Shown in pieces: positions 44,939 to 55,487 of a DNA stretch of 64,000 nucleotides. Within the stretch, counting starts at the first letter, position 1. The number at the start of each line of letters is the position of its first letter. The position numbers were made by a program, and so were the translations under genes. This stretch comes from an uncultured Acidobacteriota bacterium (lineage in GTDB: Bacteria > Acidobacteriota > Thermoanaerobaculia > UBA5066 > Gp7-AA6), in NCBI GenBank assembly GCA_963764715.1, contig CAVXTP010000012.1, positions 32,001 through 96,000 on the forward strand. Direction: 5' to 3'. Below the pieces are notes generated by a model. The model worked only from the letters and a program-made list of their open reading frames with translations. It was not told the DNA's origin and did no database searches.

Positions 44939-47290
44939 ATGCGTCCGACCCGTGCGGTCTGCCTCGGGGTCGTTCTCGGATTCGTCTCCGCCGGTTGGCT
45001 GCCCGCCACGACGTACAACGTCACGACGATCGCCGACTCGGGCGCGGGATCGCTTCGCCAGGCGATCACCGACGCCAACGGCGCCGCGGGGACGCACGTC
45101 ATCGCGTTCAACATCGCCGGCTCCGGGCCGCACTCGATCGCGCTCGCGACGGACCTGCCGGCGATCGCGTTCCTCACGGGAATCACGATCGACGGCACGA
45201 CGCAGCCGGGCTTCGCCGGCACGCCGGAGATCGAGATCCACCGGGACGGCACCTTCGGGTCGACGTGTCTCACGATCCAGGGAACGCCCACGACGATCAA
45301 GGCGCTCGCGATCAACCGGTGCGGCATGGCGATCTCCGTGAGCTCGGCCGGTGCCCTGACGCTCCTGGGCTCGCGCATCGGGACGGATCCTTCGGGGACC
45401 GTGGCGCTCGGCAACGCCGGAATCGGCGTCTACATCACCAACGGTTCCCCGGCCAACGTCATCGGCGGCCCGAACCCGGGCGATCGCAACATCTTCTCCA
45501 ACCATGCTTCCGCTTCCGCCCTGTACTTCGGCTTCTCGTCCTCGGGCACCGTCCGGGGCAACTACTTCGGCGTCGACGCGACGGGCACGGTGGCGATGCC
45601 GAACTTCATCGGGGTCAACTGCTCCAACGGCAGCGGGCTCGTCGTCGGCGGCAGCGCCGCGGGCCAGGGCAACCTCATCTCCGGCAGCACCGACAAGGGG
45701 ATCTACCTCCAGGGCTGCAACAACGCCGTGGTCCAGGGAAATCTCATCGGGACCGACGTCAACGGCACGCTTCCCATTCCCAACAAGGTAGGCGTCGAGG
45801 CCCTCGCGAACAACGTCAAGATCGGCGGCACCTTCGCCGGCGAGGGCAACCTCATCAGCGGAAACCTCTCGCAGGCCATTCGCCTGGGGGGCACGGGCAC
45901 GGTCGTGCAGGGCAACTGGATCGGGACGGACGATTCGGGAACCGCTCCGCTCGGCAACGGCACGGGGATCGACATCGCGTTCGGCGGCGGCACGCTCGTG
46001 GGCCCGAACACGCCCGGCGGTCCCGGAGCCAACCTCATCGCGTACAACACGTTCGGCGTGGTGAGTCCCGGGGCGACCAACACGGTGCGCGGCAATTCGA
46101 TCCACGACAACAAATTCCTCGGGCTCGACATCGGCGGCGCCAGCATCACCGCCAACGATCCCGGCGACGCGGACAACAATCAGCCCAACTTTCCCAACGT
46201 GACTTCGGCCGTCGTCGAAGGGGCCGGGGTGCGGGTAATCGGAATCCTCGAGTCGAACGCATCCTCGACGTTCGACCTCGACTTCTACTCGAACCCGGCG
46301 TGCACCCGCTTTCCGCAGGATCTTCTGGAAGGAGAGCAGTGGCTCGGGACGACGCCGGTGACGACGGACGGCTCCGGCCACGCCGCGTTCAACGTCCTCT
46401 TCTCCCCCGTCACCGTGCCTCCGGGGTTCCGGGTGACCGCGACGTCGACGGCCTCCGACGGCAGCACTTCGGAGTTCTCGCAGCGGATCGTTCTCACGTC
46501 CTCCGGACTGACCGGCAACACGTCGGGCTCGCCGATCCTCATCCAGGGCATGCAGTTCGAGCCGGGCGCGACGGTCGCGGTCGGCGGCGTGGCGGCGACA
46601 AACGTCCAGTGGCAGGCGGACTTTCTCATCCAGGCCCAGGCTCCGGCGCTCCCGGCCGGCTCGGTCAACAACGTGGTCGTGACGAACCCGTCGGGCCTGT
46701 CGGGGACGCTTCCGAACGGCTACGTGTCGAGCTTTGCCGACACCGAGCAAAACCTCTTCCGGCAGTATATCGGCGGCATCGTGGCGAACGGCCTGACGGT
46801 CGGGTGCGGCGGGCCCAACTACTGCCCGTTGAACAACGTCACCCGGCAGCAGATGGCGGTGTTCCTGCTCCGCGGGAAGTTCGGTCTCTGTTACACGCCC
46901 CCGCCGTGCACCGGAACGGTGTTCGACGACGTGCAGTGCGCGGGCAACGGCTTCGCCCCCTGGGTCGAGGCGCTCGCGGCGCTGAACATCACGGGCGGCT
47001 GCGGCGGCCCCGGGAACAACTTCTGCCCGACCAATCCCGTCAACCGCCAGCAGATGGCGGTGTTTCTCCTGAAGGCGTTCGAAGGCTCGAGCTACGTGCC
47101 GCCGGCCTGCGCGAACCCGACGTTCGACGACGTTCCCTGCTCCAACCCGTTTTCACCCTGGATCTACGAGCTCGCTTTGCGCCAGATCACCGGCGGCTGC
47201 GGCGGCAACGCCTACTGCCCGACCAACCCCGCCAACCGCCAGCAGATGTCGGCGTTTCTCGTGAAGACATTCTCGCTGCCGTTCCTGTGA
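44939..47290 (+). CDS. Large surface protein: parallel beta-helix repeats, IPT/TIG domain, SLH domains
   Basis: DSGAGSLRQAI, VQGN.IGTD repeats, three C-terminal CP...RQQMAVFL repeats. Confidence 0.88.
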   Translation: MRPTRAVCLGVVLGFVSAGWLPATTYNVTTIADSGAGSLRQAITDANGAAGTHVIAFNIAGSGPHSIALATDLPAIAFLTGITIDGTTQPGFAGTPEIEIHRDGTFGSTCLTIQGTPTTIKALAINRCGMAISVSSAGALTLLGSRIGTDPSGTVALGNAGIGVYITNGSPANVIGGPNPGDRNIFSNHASASALYFGFSSSGTVRGNYFGVDATGTVAMPNFIGVNCSNGSGLVVGGSAAGQGNLISGSTDKGIYLQGCNNAVVQGNLIGTDVNGTLPIPNKVGVEALANNVKIGGTFAGEGNLISGNLSQAIRLGGTGTVVQGNWIGTDDSGTAPLGNGTGIDIAFGGGTLVGPNTPGGPGANLIAYNTFGVVSPGATNTVRGNSIHDNKFLGLDIGGASITANDPGDADNNQPNFPNVTSAVVEGAGVRVIGILESNASSTFDLDFYSNPACTRFPQDLLEGEQWLGTTPVTTDGSGHAAFNVLFSPVTVPPGFRVTATSTASDGSTSEFSQRIVLTSSGLTGNTSGSPILIQGMQFEPGATVAVGGVAATNVQWQADFLIQAQAPALPAGSVNNVVVTNPSGLSGTLPNGYVSSFADTEQNLFRQYIGGIVANGLTVGCGGPNYCPLNNVTRQQMAVFLLRGKFGLCYTPPPCTGTVFDDVQCAGNGFAPWVEALAALNITGGCGGPGNNFCPTNPVNRQQMAVFLLKAFEGSSYVPPACANPTFDDVPCSNPFSPWIYELALRQITGGCGGNAYCPTNPANRQQMSAFLVKTFSLPFL

Positions 47291-47338
47291 TCGGGCTCTC
47301 GTTGCAGGGCGGGGATGAACCCCGCCCCTGCGCCGGGA

Positions 47339-47833
47339 GTAGGGGCGGCCCTCGTGGCCGCCCTTTCGTCTGCAGAAAGAAAAAGGGCGGGGACAAGCCC
47401 CGCCCCTACGACCGGACACGCCAGCAAGGGCCCGGCGAAACATCCGCGCCCTGGTCGTAGACCGGGCACGCCACCGAGGGCCCGGCGAAACATCCGCGCC
47501 CGGGTCGTAGACCGGGCATGCCACCGAGGGCCCGGCGAAACATCCGCCCCCTGGTCGTAGACCGGGCACGCCACCGAGGGCCCGGCGAAACATCCGCGCC
47601 CGGGTCGTAGACCGGGCACGCCACCGAGGGCCCGGCGAAACATCCGCGCCCGGGTCGTAGACCGGGCACGCCACCGAGGGCCCGGCGAAACATCCGCGCC
47701 CGGGTCGTAGACCGGGCACGCCACCGAGGGCCCGGCGAAACATCCGCGCCCTGGTCGTAGGGGCGGCCCTCGTGGCCGCCCTTTCGTCTGCAGAAAGAAA
47801 AAGGGCGGGGACAAGCCCCGCCCCTCCGACCGG
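47339..47833. repeat. Two direct copies of a REP doublet enclosing a 7 x 50-bp tandem repeat
   Basis: Units at 47411, 47461, 47511, 47561, 47611, 47661, 47711, each ending GTCGTAG. Confidence 0.92.
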
Positions 47834-47844
47834 AGTGGTTCTCG

Positions 47845-48312
47845 TTACTGCTTGTCGTAGACCGCGGTGGCGGTCATCCCGGCCATCTTCGGGTCGGTCG
47901 CAACCGTGGTGACCGTGCGGGACTTGCCGTCGGCGGAGACGGTGATCTTGCCGGTCGCGACGACCTTGCCGTCCCTCTTGATGGTCATGTCCAGCGTATT
48001 GGCGTCGACCTTCGTGTACGCCCGCGTGCTGTAGGCCGCCGCACCCGTGACCGGGTAGTCCTTGCCGTCGAACTTGCCCGTCCACTCGTTGTGCTCGGCC
48101 TTGCCGTCCTTGTCGATGCCGTCGACCGCGACCCTCACCAGGTCGCCCTGGGCCGCCGAGTAGACCACCGTGTGGTTCTTCGTCGCGCCCGGGTTGAACT
48201 TGGACTTGGCCTCGTTGAGCTTCCAGGTTCCCATGTTGGGATCGGCCGCGAAGGCCAGGCCGACGCCGACGAACAGACCCGCCAGGGTTGAGAGAATCGT
48301 GCGTGCTTTCAT
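47845..48312 (-). CDS. Secreted hypothetical beta-barrel-like protein
   Basis: Signal peptide; GTWKLNEAKSK, FDGKDYPVTG, VSADGK motifs. Confidence 0.8.
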   Translation of the reverse strand: MKARTILSTLAGLFVGVGLAFAADPNMGTWKLNEAKSKFNPGATKNHTVVYSAAQGDLVRVAVDGIDKDGKAEHNEWTGKFDGKDYPVTGAAAYSTRAYTKVDANTLDMTIKRDGKVVATGKITVSADGKSRTVTTVATDPKMAGMTATAVYDKQ

Positions 48313-48404
48313 TTGTCCCCCTCTGTATCTCGAAGCAACACCTCGCTTCGAATCAAACCCCCATACTATCGCGGACGCCGGACACGGTGGTTTCGGGCTC
48401 CGGT

Positions 48405-48430
48405 CGTAGGGGCGGCCCTCGCGGCCGCCC
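48405..48430 (+). repeat. REP hairpin
   Basis: GTAGgggcggccctcgcggccgccc. Confidence 0.8.
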
Positions 48431-48527
48431 TTTTCCGATCGAAATCGAGTCCCGGCGCGCAGTTCGGCGGTAACCCCGCCTCGTGGGTCGTCCCGGGCGG
48501 GCTCCGCCGCTGCCGACGCGCTCGGTC

Positions 48528-48932
48528 CTACGGAGCGGGCGTCGTCAGTGGCTTCCCCTTCTCCGCGATGATGACGACGTACGTCCTGGCGGGCGCCGCG
48601 CTCCGGTTGCTGTTCTCGTGCACCTGCCCGGGAGCGAAGGTGAAGTGATCGCCGGCCTTCAGTGTCGCGGTCGGCTTGCCCTCGACTTGCGACTCGATCG
48701 TTCCCTCCACCACGAATCCGAAGAGCTCCGCCGTGGGGTGCGAATGCCTGCCCTCGGAACTGCCCGGCGGCAGCTCCACCTCGGCCATGATGACTTCCCT
48801 TCCCGGGATCGTCATGTCCTGCCTGAGAACGACGTGCTGGACCGGGGACGCCTGTTGAGCCCGCAGCGCGGTCCAGCCCCATCCACCCGTGACCGCCGAG
48901 ACGGCGCACGCGACGACGAGCTTGCGATTCAT
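48528..48932 (-). CDS. Secreted cupin domain protein
   Basis: GRHSHP..E..FVVEG...G.VH..N. Confidence 0.85.
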   Translation of the reverse strand: MNRKLVVACAVSAVTGGWGWTALRAQQASPVQHVVLRQDMTIPGREVIMAEVELPPGSSEGRHSHPTAELFGFVVEGTIESQVEGKPTATLKAGDHFTFAPGQVHENSNRSAAPARTYVVIIAEKGKPLTTPAP

Positions 48933-49005
48933 GTTCCCTCCCGCGGATAGCAGATCACGCCGACGGCAGGGTCGTGGTGATGGAATGGGCCGCCTCTCGG
49001 CAGGC

Positions 49006-52000
49006 TCACTCCCACCAATATTTCCCCCGCTTCCTCTCTCTCGACGCCGTCTCGTTCATCGTCGCGGCGTCGTAGAGGCGGCCGTTGACCATCGTCCAGG
49101 ACACCTTCTCCGACTGCCGGATGTCCTGCAGGGGATTGCCGTCGATGACGATGACGTCGGCGAGCTTGCCGGCCTCGAGCGTTCCGACGTCCCGGTCCAT
49201 GCCGAGGCTCTTCGCGCCGTTGGCGGTCGCGCAGCGCAGCGCCTCGTGCGGCGACAGGCCTCCCTGGACGAGCATCCAGAGCTCCCAGTGGAGACCCAGC
49301 CCCTCGCGCTGGCCGTGCGCGCCCGTGTTGACGGAGACGCCATCCTTGTCGAGGGTGGCGGCGATCTTCGCGAGGTTGACGTGGTTGAACTCGTCCTCGG
49401 GCGCCATCGTGCGCCGGCGCGAGCGGGGATCGAGGATGAACGCCGGGACGAACTTCGAGAGACGCGGGTTCTCCCAGACGTTGGTCTTCTGATACCAGTA
49501 GTTCTCGCCGAAGAGACCGCCGTACCCGACGAGGAGCGTCGGCGTGTAGCCGACCTTCGTCGGCGGCCAGAGCGTCGTGACGTCGGCGTAGACGTTGGGA
49601 ACGGGGAGGGTGTGCTCGATCGTCGTGTGGCCGTCGACGACCATCGTCATGTCGAGCTCGAAGAGCGACCCGCCCTCGGGCACGACCATGATGCCGACGT
49701 CCTTCGCTCCCGCGATGATCTGCTGGCGCTGGTCGCGGCGCGGCTGCTGGTAGCTCTTCACGGAGATGGCGCCCACCGCCTTCAGGCGCCGCAGGTGCCC
49801 GATGGCGTCGTCGAGGGAGTCGATGTCGGCCTTGAAGTCCCCGGCGGCGCCGTAGAGGATCGTGCCGGTCGAGAAGATGCGCGGGCTGCGGATCAGGCCG
49901 GCGCGCGCGAGCTCGGCCGCGGCGAAGACCTCCCCCGTGTCGTTGGAGGGGTCGTGCGCCGTCGTCACGCCGAAGGCGAGCGAGGCGTCGCTGTGCCAGT
50001 TCTGCTGCGGGGTGATGCCGTCCGAGCCGAAGGCGCCGTGAAAGTGGGCGTCGATGAAGCCGGGCAGCACCGTCTTGCCCGAGGCGTCGATCGTCTTCGC
50101 GCCGGCCGGGACGGCGACCGCTCCCCTCTTTCCGACGGCCGTGATCCGGTTGCCCTGGACGACGACGACGCCGTCCTCGATGACCTCGTCGCCCTTCATC
50201 GTGACGACGCGCCCGCCGGTGAAGGCCACCGTGGTGGTGGGCTCGTCGACGGGGACGTTGAAGCCGATGTCGCGGCCGGCGACCGGCGGATCGGGCAGCT
50301 TCTCGGGCGAGCCGGGCAGGAACGTGAAGGCGTCCTTGAGGTCCCGCTCGAAGAGCTGCGGCCCGAACGACCAGTAGAGGCGCATGGAGTCGCCGGAAAA
50401 GCGGAGGTTCTCGCCGGCGTCCTTCGAGACCTTCGTGACGGGCACGGCCTTGCTCTTCGGGCCGATGTCGACGCGGCGGCCGGTCTCGACGAAGGGCGTG
50501 AGATACGCGTTGAAGCCCTCGCGGAACGCCAGCCACTTGCCGTCGGGCGAGACCTCGAACTCCTGGGCGAGCTCGGAGAGGTAGTACTCGTGGACGTCCG
50601 AGCCGTCGAGCTTGACCGAGGCGAGGACGCGCTTCTCCGGCGCGACCTGGTCGCCGCCGCCCTCGGTCTTGACGAAGAAGACGCGGTCGGAGCTCTTGCC
50701 GAAGCGCGGCGCGAAACCGTCCTCGACGATGAGGGTGGACTTCCCGCCGACCGACGGAACCTGGTAGAGGCCGGGATCCGCGGACCAGGCGGTCGAGCGC
50801 AGGTAGCCGCCCGTCCCCTTCGTGTAGACGATCTTCGAGCCGTCGGGCGAGAAGACGGGCTCGAAGTAGTGGCCGGGCTTGTCCGTGACGACGCGCGAAA
50901 CGCCCGTCGGGACGACGGCCACGCGGATCGAGCCGAGGGTGTCGTCGTTCCACGTCGTGTAGACGAGGGATTTGCCGTCGCGCGACCAGGACGGGTAGAG
51001 CTCGAAGTGATCGGTCTGCGTCGTGAGGCGTCTCGGCGTGCCGTTCGGCAGGTCGCGGACGTAGATGGAGCCGAGCGCCTGGTACGCGACCCGCTTGCCG
51101 TCCGGGGCGACGGCGACCCAGCGGAGCATCCGGACGGGGAAGACGGGCGCCTTCGAGGCGACGTTGGGCGAAGCCGACGCCTGCATCAGGCCCGTCAGCA
51201 CGTCGACGCCGAAGCGGACGGCAGTCGCGGTCTTTCGCGTATCGCGCACGCGGAACGGGATCTCGGCGACCTGCTTGCCGGCGAGGTCGGCGCTGCGGAT
51301 CTTTCCGCCGGACCAGAACACGATGCGCTTCGAGTCCGGGGTCCAGGCCATGCCGGGATAGACGCCCTGGATCGCCCAGGTCTCCTGCATGTCGCGCTCG
51401 AGGCCGTCCCAGATCGGGCGCTCGACGCCCGACTCGATGTCCTTGACGAAGAGCGTCGACTTGTATCGGACGCGGCGGATGAAGGCGAGCGACTTTCCGT
51501 CGGGCGACGGCGTCGGGCGGATCGAGCCGCCCGGGCCCGTGACGTAGCGGATGATCTTGCCGGTCTGGCGGTCGAGCCGCTTGATGACGTAGATCTCGCC
51601 GTTGGGGTCCTTGTTGTACTCGAAGATCTTCCCGGGGGTCGAGTCCTCGGACCAGTAGAGGTAGCGGCCGTCGGGCGAGAAGGCGGGCTCGCCGTCGTCC
51701 TTCTGCTCGGTCGCGCGCTTGGTCATCTGGAGCCCGTCGCCGCCCGTGCGGTGCCAGAGCCAGATCTCCCCCGCGCCGAGCGAGCGGGTGCCCGTGTAGT
51801 GCTTGCGCGCCGCGATGTACTGGGAGTCGGGCGTCCACGCCGGGCTGTTGGGGAGGCGGAACGTCTCCTTCGTCACCTGTTTCGGGTTCTTTCCGTCGCG
51901 GTCGACGATCCAGATGTTGTCGCCGCCGGAGCGGTCGGAGGTGAATGCGATCCACTTGCCGTCGGGCGAAAAGCGCGGCTGCATGTCCCAGGGGATCCCG

Positions 52001-52320
52001 GACGTCAGCGCCCGAGCCTGTCCGCCCGAGATCGGCATCAGGTAGATGTCGCCCAGCAGGTCGAAGGCGATCTCCTTGCCGTCGGGCGAGACGTCGACCG
52101 ACATCCAGGTGCCGGTGTCGACGTCGAGGGGCACCTCCACGTCGAAGGGGTACGGCGGGTTCGCGACGTCCCACTTGGGCTTCTCCGGCTCCTTCTCCTT
52201 GGACGGGTCGGCGCCCGGCGGGGCGGAAAGCGGCTTGTCTCCGTGGGGCTTCGGCGGGTCCTCGGCGCGCAGCAGGCCCGCGCACAGGAGGATTGCGACG
52301 GCGGCGAGGCGGTGTTTCAT
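49006..52320 (-). CDS. Secreted amidohydrolase with N-terminal TolB/WD40-like propellers
   Basis: Many SPDGK repeats; PGFIDAHFH, G.LE.GKLAD. Confidence 0.92.
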   Translation of the reverse strand: MKHRLAAVAILLCAGLLRAEDPPKPHGDKPLSAPPGADPSKEKEPEKPKWDVANPPYPFDVEVPLDVDTGTWMSVDVSPDGKEIAFDLLGDIYLMPISGGQARALTSGIPWDMQPRFSPDGKWIAFTSDRSGGDNIWIVDRDGKNPKQVTKETFRLPNSPAWTPDSQYIAARKHYTGTRSLGAGEIWLWHRTGGDGLQMTKRATEQKDDGEPAFSPDGRYLYWSEDSTPGKIFEYNKDPNGEIYVIKRLDRQTGKIIRYVTGPGGSIRPTPSPDGKSLAFIRRVRYKSTLFVKDIESGVERPIWDGLERDMQETWAIQGVYPGMAWTPDSKRIVFWSGGKIRSADLAGKQVAEIPFRVRDTRKTATAVRFGVDVLTGLMQASASPNVASKAPVFPVRMLRWVAVAPDGKRVAYQALGSIYVRDLPNGTPRRLTTQTDHFELYPSWSRDGKSLVYTTWNDDTLGSIRVAVVPTGVSRVVTDKPGHYFEPVFSPDGSKIVYTKGTGGYLRSTAWSADPGLYQVPSVGGKSTLIVEDGFAPRFGKSSDRVFFVKTEGGGDQVAPEKRVLASVKLDGSDVHEYYLSELAQEFEVSPDGKWLAFREGFNAYLTPFVETGRRVDIGPKSKAVPVTKVSKDAGENLRFSGDSMRLYWSFGPQLFERDLKDAFTFLPGSPEKLPDPPVAGRDIGFNVPVDEPTTTVAFTGGRVVTMKGDEVIEDGVVVVQGNRITAVGKRGAVAVPAGAKTIDASGKTVLPGFIDAHFHGAFGSDGITPQQNWHSDASLAFGVTTAHDPSNDTGEVFAAAELARAGLIRSPRIFSTGTILYGAAGDFKADIDSLDDAIGHLRRLKAVGAISVKSYQQPRRDQRQQIIAGAKDVGIMVVPEGGSLFELDMTMVVDGHTTIEHTLPVPNVYADVTTLWPPTKVGYTPTLLVGYGGLFGENYWYQKTNVWENPRLSKFVPAFILDPRSRRRTMAPEDEFNHVNLAKIAATLDKDGVSVNTGAHGQREGLGLHWELWMLVQGGLSPHEALRCATANGAKSLGMDRDVGTLEAGKLADVIVIDGNPLQDIRQSEKVSWTMVNGRLYDAATMNETASRERKRGKYWWE

Positions 52321-52479
52321 GGAGCGTCCTTTCGGATGGCGAAAAGCCGTGGAATATTAACCGCTGTCGCTTCGCTACGCGCTTGCGGACATGGAGAACC
52401 GGGCACCTCGGGTTGCGGCGGCCGGCACCGGGCGCAAAAATGGGCGGCGTGACCAGGCCAAAAGGGAAAGAAGGGAACC

Positions 52480-53684
52480 ATGAACCCGGAACAGAACCCC
52501 CGCTCCGCCGGGAAGGCGAACGTCTCGTCGGAGCTGACCGAAAAAGGTTCGGCGTTCCTGCATCCCGCGCGGCTGCCCGTGAGCCCCGGCCTCGCTCCCG
52601 AGCACCACGAGGTCGTCGTCATCGGCGCCGGCCAGTCGGGACTCTCGGTCGGCTATCACCTCGCGCGCCGCGGCGTGCCGTTCGTGATTCTCGACGCGAA
52701 CGCGCGCGTCGGCGACCAGTGGCGCCGGCGCTGGGACTCGCTGCGGCTCTTCACGCCCGCCCGGTTCGACGGCCTTCCCGGGATGCCCTTTCCCGCGCTC
52801 CGCGCGAGTCGTTCCCGACCAAGGACGAGATGGCGGACTACCTCGAGGCCTACGCGAAGCACTTCGCGCTGCCGGTCGCGAGCAACGTCCGCGTCGAGCG
52901 GCTCTCGCGCCAGGGCGATCACTACGTCGTCGAGGCCGGAGATCGCCGATTCGTGGCGCGCCAGGTCGTCGTCGCGATGGCGAGCTACCAGAAGCCGCGG
53001 ATACCGGAGTTCGCGCGGGAGCTCGACCGCGCGATCGTGCAGCTCCACTCGAGCGAGTATCGCAACCGCGAGCAGCTCCGGGACGGCCCGGTTCTCATCG
53101 TCGGAGCCGGGAACTCCGGGTCCGAGATCGCCCGCGAGGTCGCGGCGACCCACCCGACCTGGATGGCGGGACGCGACACCGGGCACCTCCCGTTTCGCAT
53201 CGACGGCCCCGTCGCGGGCCGGTTCCTCGTGCCGCTCGTGCTGCGCGTGCTCTTCCATCGGATCTTCACGCTCTCGACGCCGATTGGCCGGCGCGTCCGC
53301 CCGAAGCTGATCGCCCAGGGCGGGCCGCTCATCCGCGTGAAGCCCGCGGACCTCGAGGCCGCCGGCGTCAAGCGCGCACCCCGCGTCACCGGCGTCTCGG
53401 GCGGGCAACCCGTCCTCGCCGACGGCCGCCGGCTCGAGGTGTCGAACGTCATCTGGTCGACGGGATTCCACCCCGGCTTCGCCTGGATCGACCTGCCCGT
53501 CCTCGACGAGCACGGTGAGCCGCGGCAGAACCGGGGCATCGTCGACGGCGAGCCCGGCCTGTACTTCGTCGGGCTGCACTTCCTGTACGCCTTCTCGTCG
53601 ACCATGATCCACGGGGCCGACCGGGACGCCGGGTACGTGGCCGGACGGATCGCGAAGCGCCGGGCGGGGGCTCGCGGACGGTAA
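52480..53684 (+). pseudogene. Flavin-containing monooxygenase-like oxidoreductase, one frameshift near 52795
   Basis: VIGAGQSG and WDSLRLFTP in one frame; FPTKDE, HSSEYRN, VGAGNSG, WSTGF in another. Confidence 0.8.
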
Positions 53685-53744
53685 CCGGCTCGGGCGGTTC
53701 CGGCGTGTTCTAGGATGGGCGCGGATTCGACAAGGAGGTCCCGG

Positions 53745-54095
53745 ATGCGCCTGTCGCGAACACTCGCCGTTCTCGTCCTCGCCGCCTGCTCCTCGCCGCT
53801 CCTCCTGGCCCAGGAGCCGAGGAAGATCACCGTCACGGCGAAGAAATACGAGTTCAATCCGTCGCGGATCGAGCTGAAGGTCGGGGAGCCCGTGGAAATC
53901 ACGTTTCAGAGCCTGGACAAGAAGCACGGCTTCGAGTGCAAGGACCTCAAGCTCGAGAAAGTCGTCTTCGACCCGAAAACTCCGGCGACGGTGGCCTTCA
54001 CGCCGGACAAGGCCGGAACGTTCCCCTTCCGGTGCGCCAACTTCTGCGGGTTCGGGCACTCGAAGATGAAAGGCGAGTTCGTCGTCTCCCCGTAG
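53745..54095 (+). CDS. Cupredoxin domain protein with CuA-like motif
   Basis: HGF...CANFCGFGHSKM; signal peptide; AAGGAGG RBS. Confidence 0.85.
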   Translation: MRLSRTLAVLVLAACSSPLLLAQEPRKITVTAKKYEFNPSRIELKVGEPVEITFQSLDKKHGFECKDLKLEKVVFDPKTPATVAFTPDKAGTFPFRCANFCGFGHSKMKGEFVVSP

Positions 54096-54117
54096 CCATG
54101 GCCGCGGGCGCCTCGAG

Positions 54118-55485
54118 ATGATGTCGATGACGAAGTTCCGCAGGGGCGCGCGCGGGCTCGCGGTCCCGCTCGTCCTGTTCCTCGCGGCATGGGCGGCCGG
54201 CGCGCAGTCCCCCCGGCGGCTCGCACTCGTCGGCGGGATGCTCCTCGACGGCTACGACGGCGTGCCGCCCGTCCACTTCGCCGCCGTTCTGATCGAAGGC
54301 AACCGGATCGTCGCGGTCGGCCGCGCCGGCGAAGTGGCAATTCCGCCGGGCACCGAGGTCATCGACACGAGCGGGCGCGTGATGCTGCCGGGCCTGATCG
54401 ACGTCCACGCGCACCTCCAGATCCTGGGGCACGGCGACTACGACCGCTGGGACCCGTGGATCAAGGAGAACGGCCTCGTCGAGAAGGTCGGCGAGATCTC
54501 GGCGAGAGAGCTCCTGATGGCCGGGGTCACGTCCGCCGTCGACCTCGGGGGAACGCTGAAGGAGAGCCTCTCGGTCCGCGACCGGATCCGGAAGGGCGAG
54601 ATCCCGGGGCCGCGGATGTCGGTCAGCGGGCCCTGGATCACGCGGGACCTCGGCGACTACCCCGTCGCGCTGCCGAACCAGCTCCTGATCGACACCCCCG
54701 CCGAGGCGGCGAAGGCGACCGAGGACCTCGCGAAGGCCGGCGTCGACGTCATCAAGGCGTACGTCGGCCTGACCCCCGCACACTACAAGGCCATCGTCGA
54801 CGCGGCGCACCGGCACAAGCTGCGCGTGCACGCCCACGTCTACATGCCGGCGGACGTCCGGAACGCCTTCGAGTCGGGCGTCGACGTGCTGCAGCACGTC
54901 GGATCCGCGGGAATGCCGACGTACGACCCGGAGCTCGTCCGGGCGATCGCCGCGAAGGGCACCGCGGTCGTCGTCACCGCGGCGCACCGGGCGTTCCTCT
55001 TCCCCGCCACGGTCGCCTTCCCCGAGCGGCTCCAGGACCCGCAGCTCAAGGCCGACTTCGGGCCGCAGATCTGGGCGGAGGTCCAGAAGTCGCTCGTCGG
55101 GTTCCAGCGGCTCTCGTACTTCTCCGCGACCGACCAGGAGATCCGCTTCGCGAAGGCGTCGCTCGGTCAGTGGATCGAGTCGAACGCGACGCTCGGGATG
55201 GGGACCGACTCGGGAACCCCGATGAACTTCCACACCGAGGCGCTCTGGCGCGAGATCAAGGCCCACGTCGACACGGGCATGTCGCCGCAGCGGGCCATCG
55301 CCGCCGCGACCCGGATCAACGCCGCCATCCTGGGCAAGGACAAGGAGCTCGGCACGATCGAGCCCGGCAAGCTCGCCGACATCATCGTCGTGCGCGGCGA
55401 CCCGATCTTCGACGTGACCGCCCTCTCGAACGTGGAGGTCGTCGTGAAGGACGGGGTCGTGTCCAAGGGCGGGAGCCGCAAGTAG
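54118..55485 (+). CDS. Secreted amidohydrolase family protein
   Basis: PGLIDVHAH, HAH, GTDSG, GTIEPGKLAD. Confidence 0.9.
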   Translation: MMSMTKFRRGARGLAVPLVLFLAAWAAGAQSPRRLALVGGMLLDGYDGVPPVHFAAVLIEGNRIVAVGRAGEVAIPPGTEVIDTSGRVMLPGLIDVHAHLQILGHGDYDRWDPWIKENGLVEKVGEISARELLMAGVTSAVDLGGTLKESLSVRDRIRKGEIPGPRMSVSGPWITRDLGDYPVALPNQLLIDTPAEAAKATEDLAKAGVDVIKAYVGLTPAHYKAIVDAAHRHKLRVHAHVYMPADVRNAFESGVDVLQHVGSAGMPTYDPELVRAIAAKGTAVVVTAAHRAFLFPATVAFPERLQDPQLKADFGPQIWAEVQKSLVGFQRLSYFSATDQEIRFAKASLGQWIESNATLGMGTDSGTPMNFHTEALWREIKAHVDTGMSPQRAIAAATRINAAILGKDKELGTIEPGKLADIIVVRGDPIFDVTALSNVEVVVKDGVVSKGGSRK

Positions 55486-55487
55486 CC

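Noticed and set aside
47411-47760. CRISPR array
   Set aside because: Units are near-identical over the full 50 bp, with no unique spacers and no cas genes
47153-48085. Repeat-protein ORFs across the 50-bp array
   Set aside because: The unit length is not a multiple of 3; the translations are by-products of the DNA repeat
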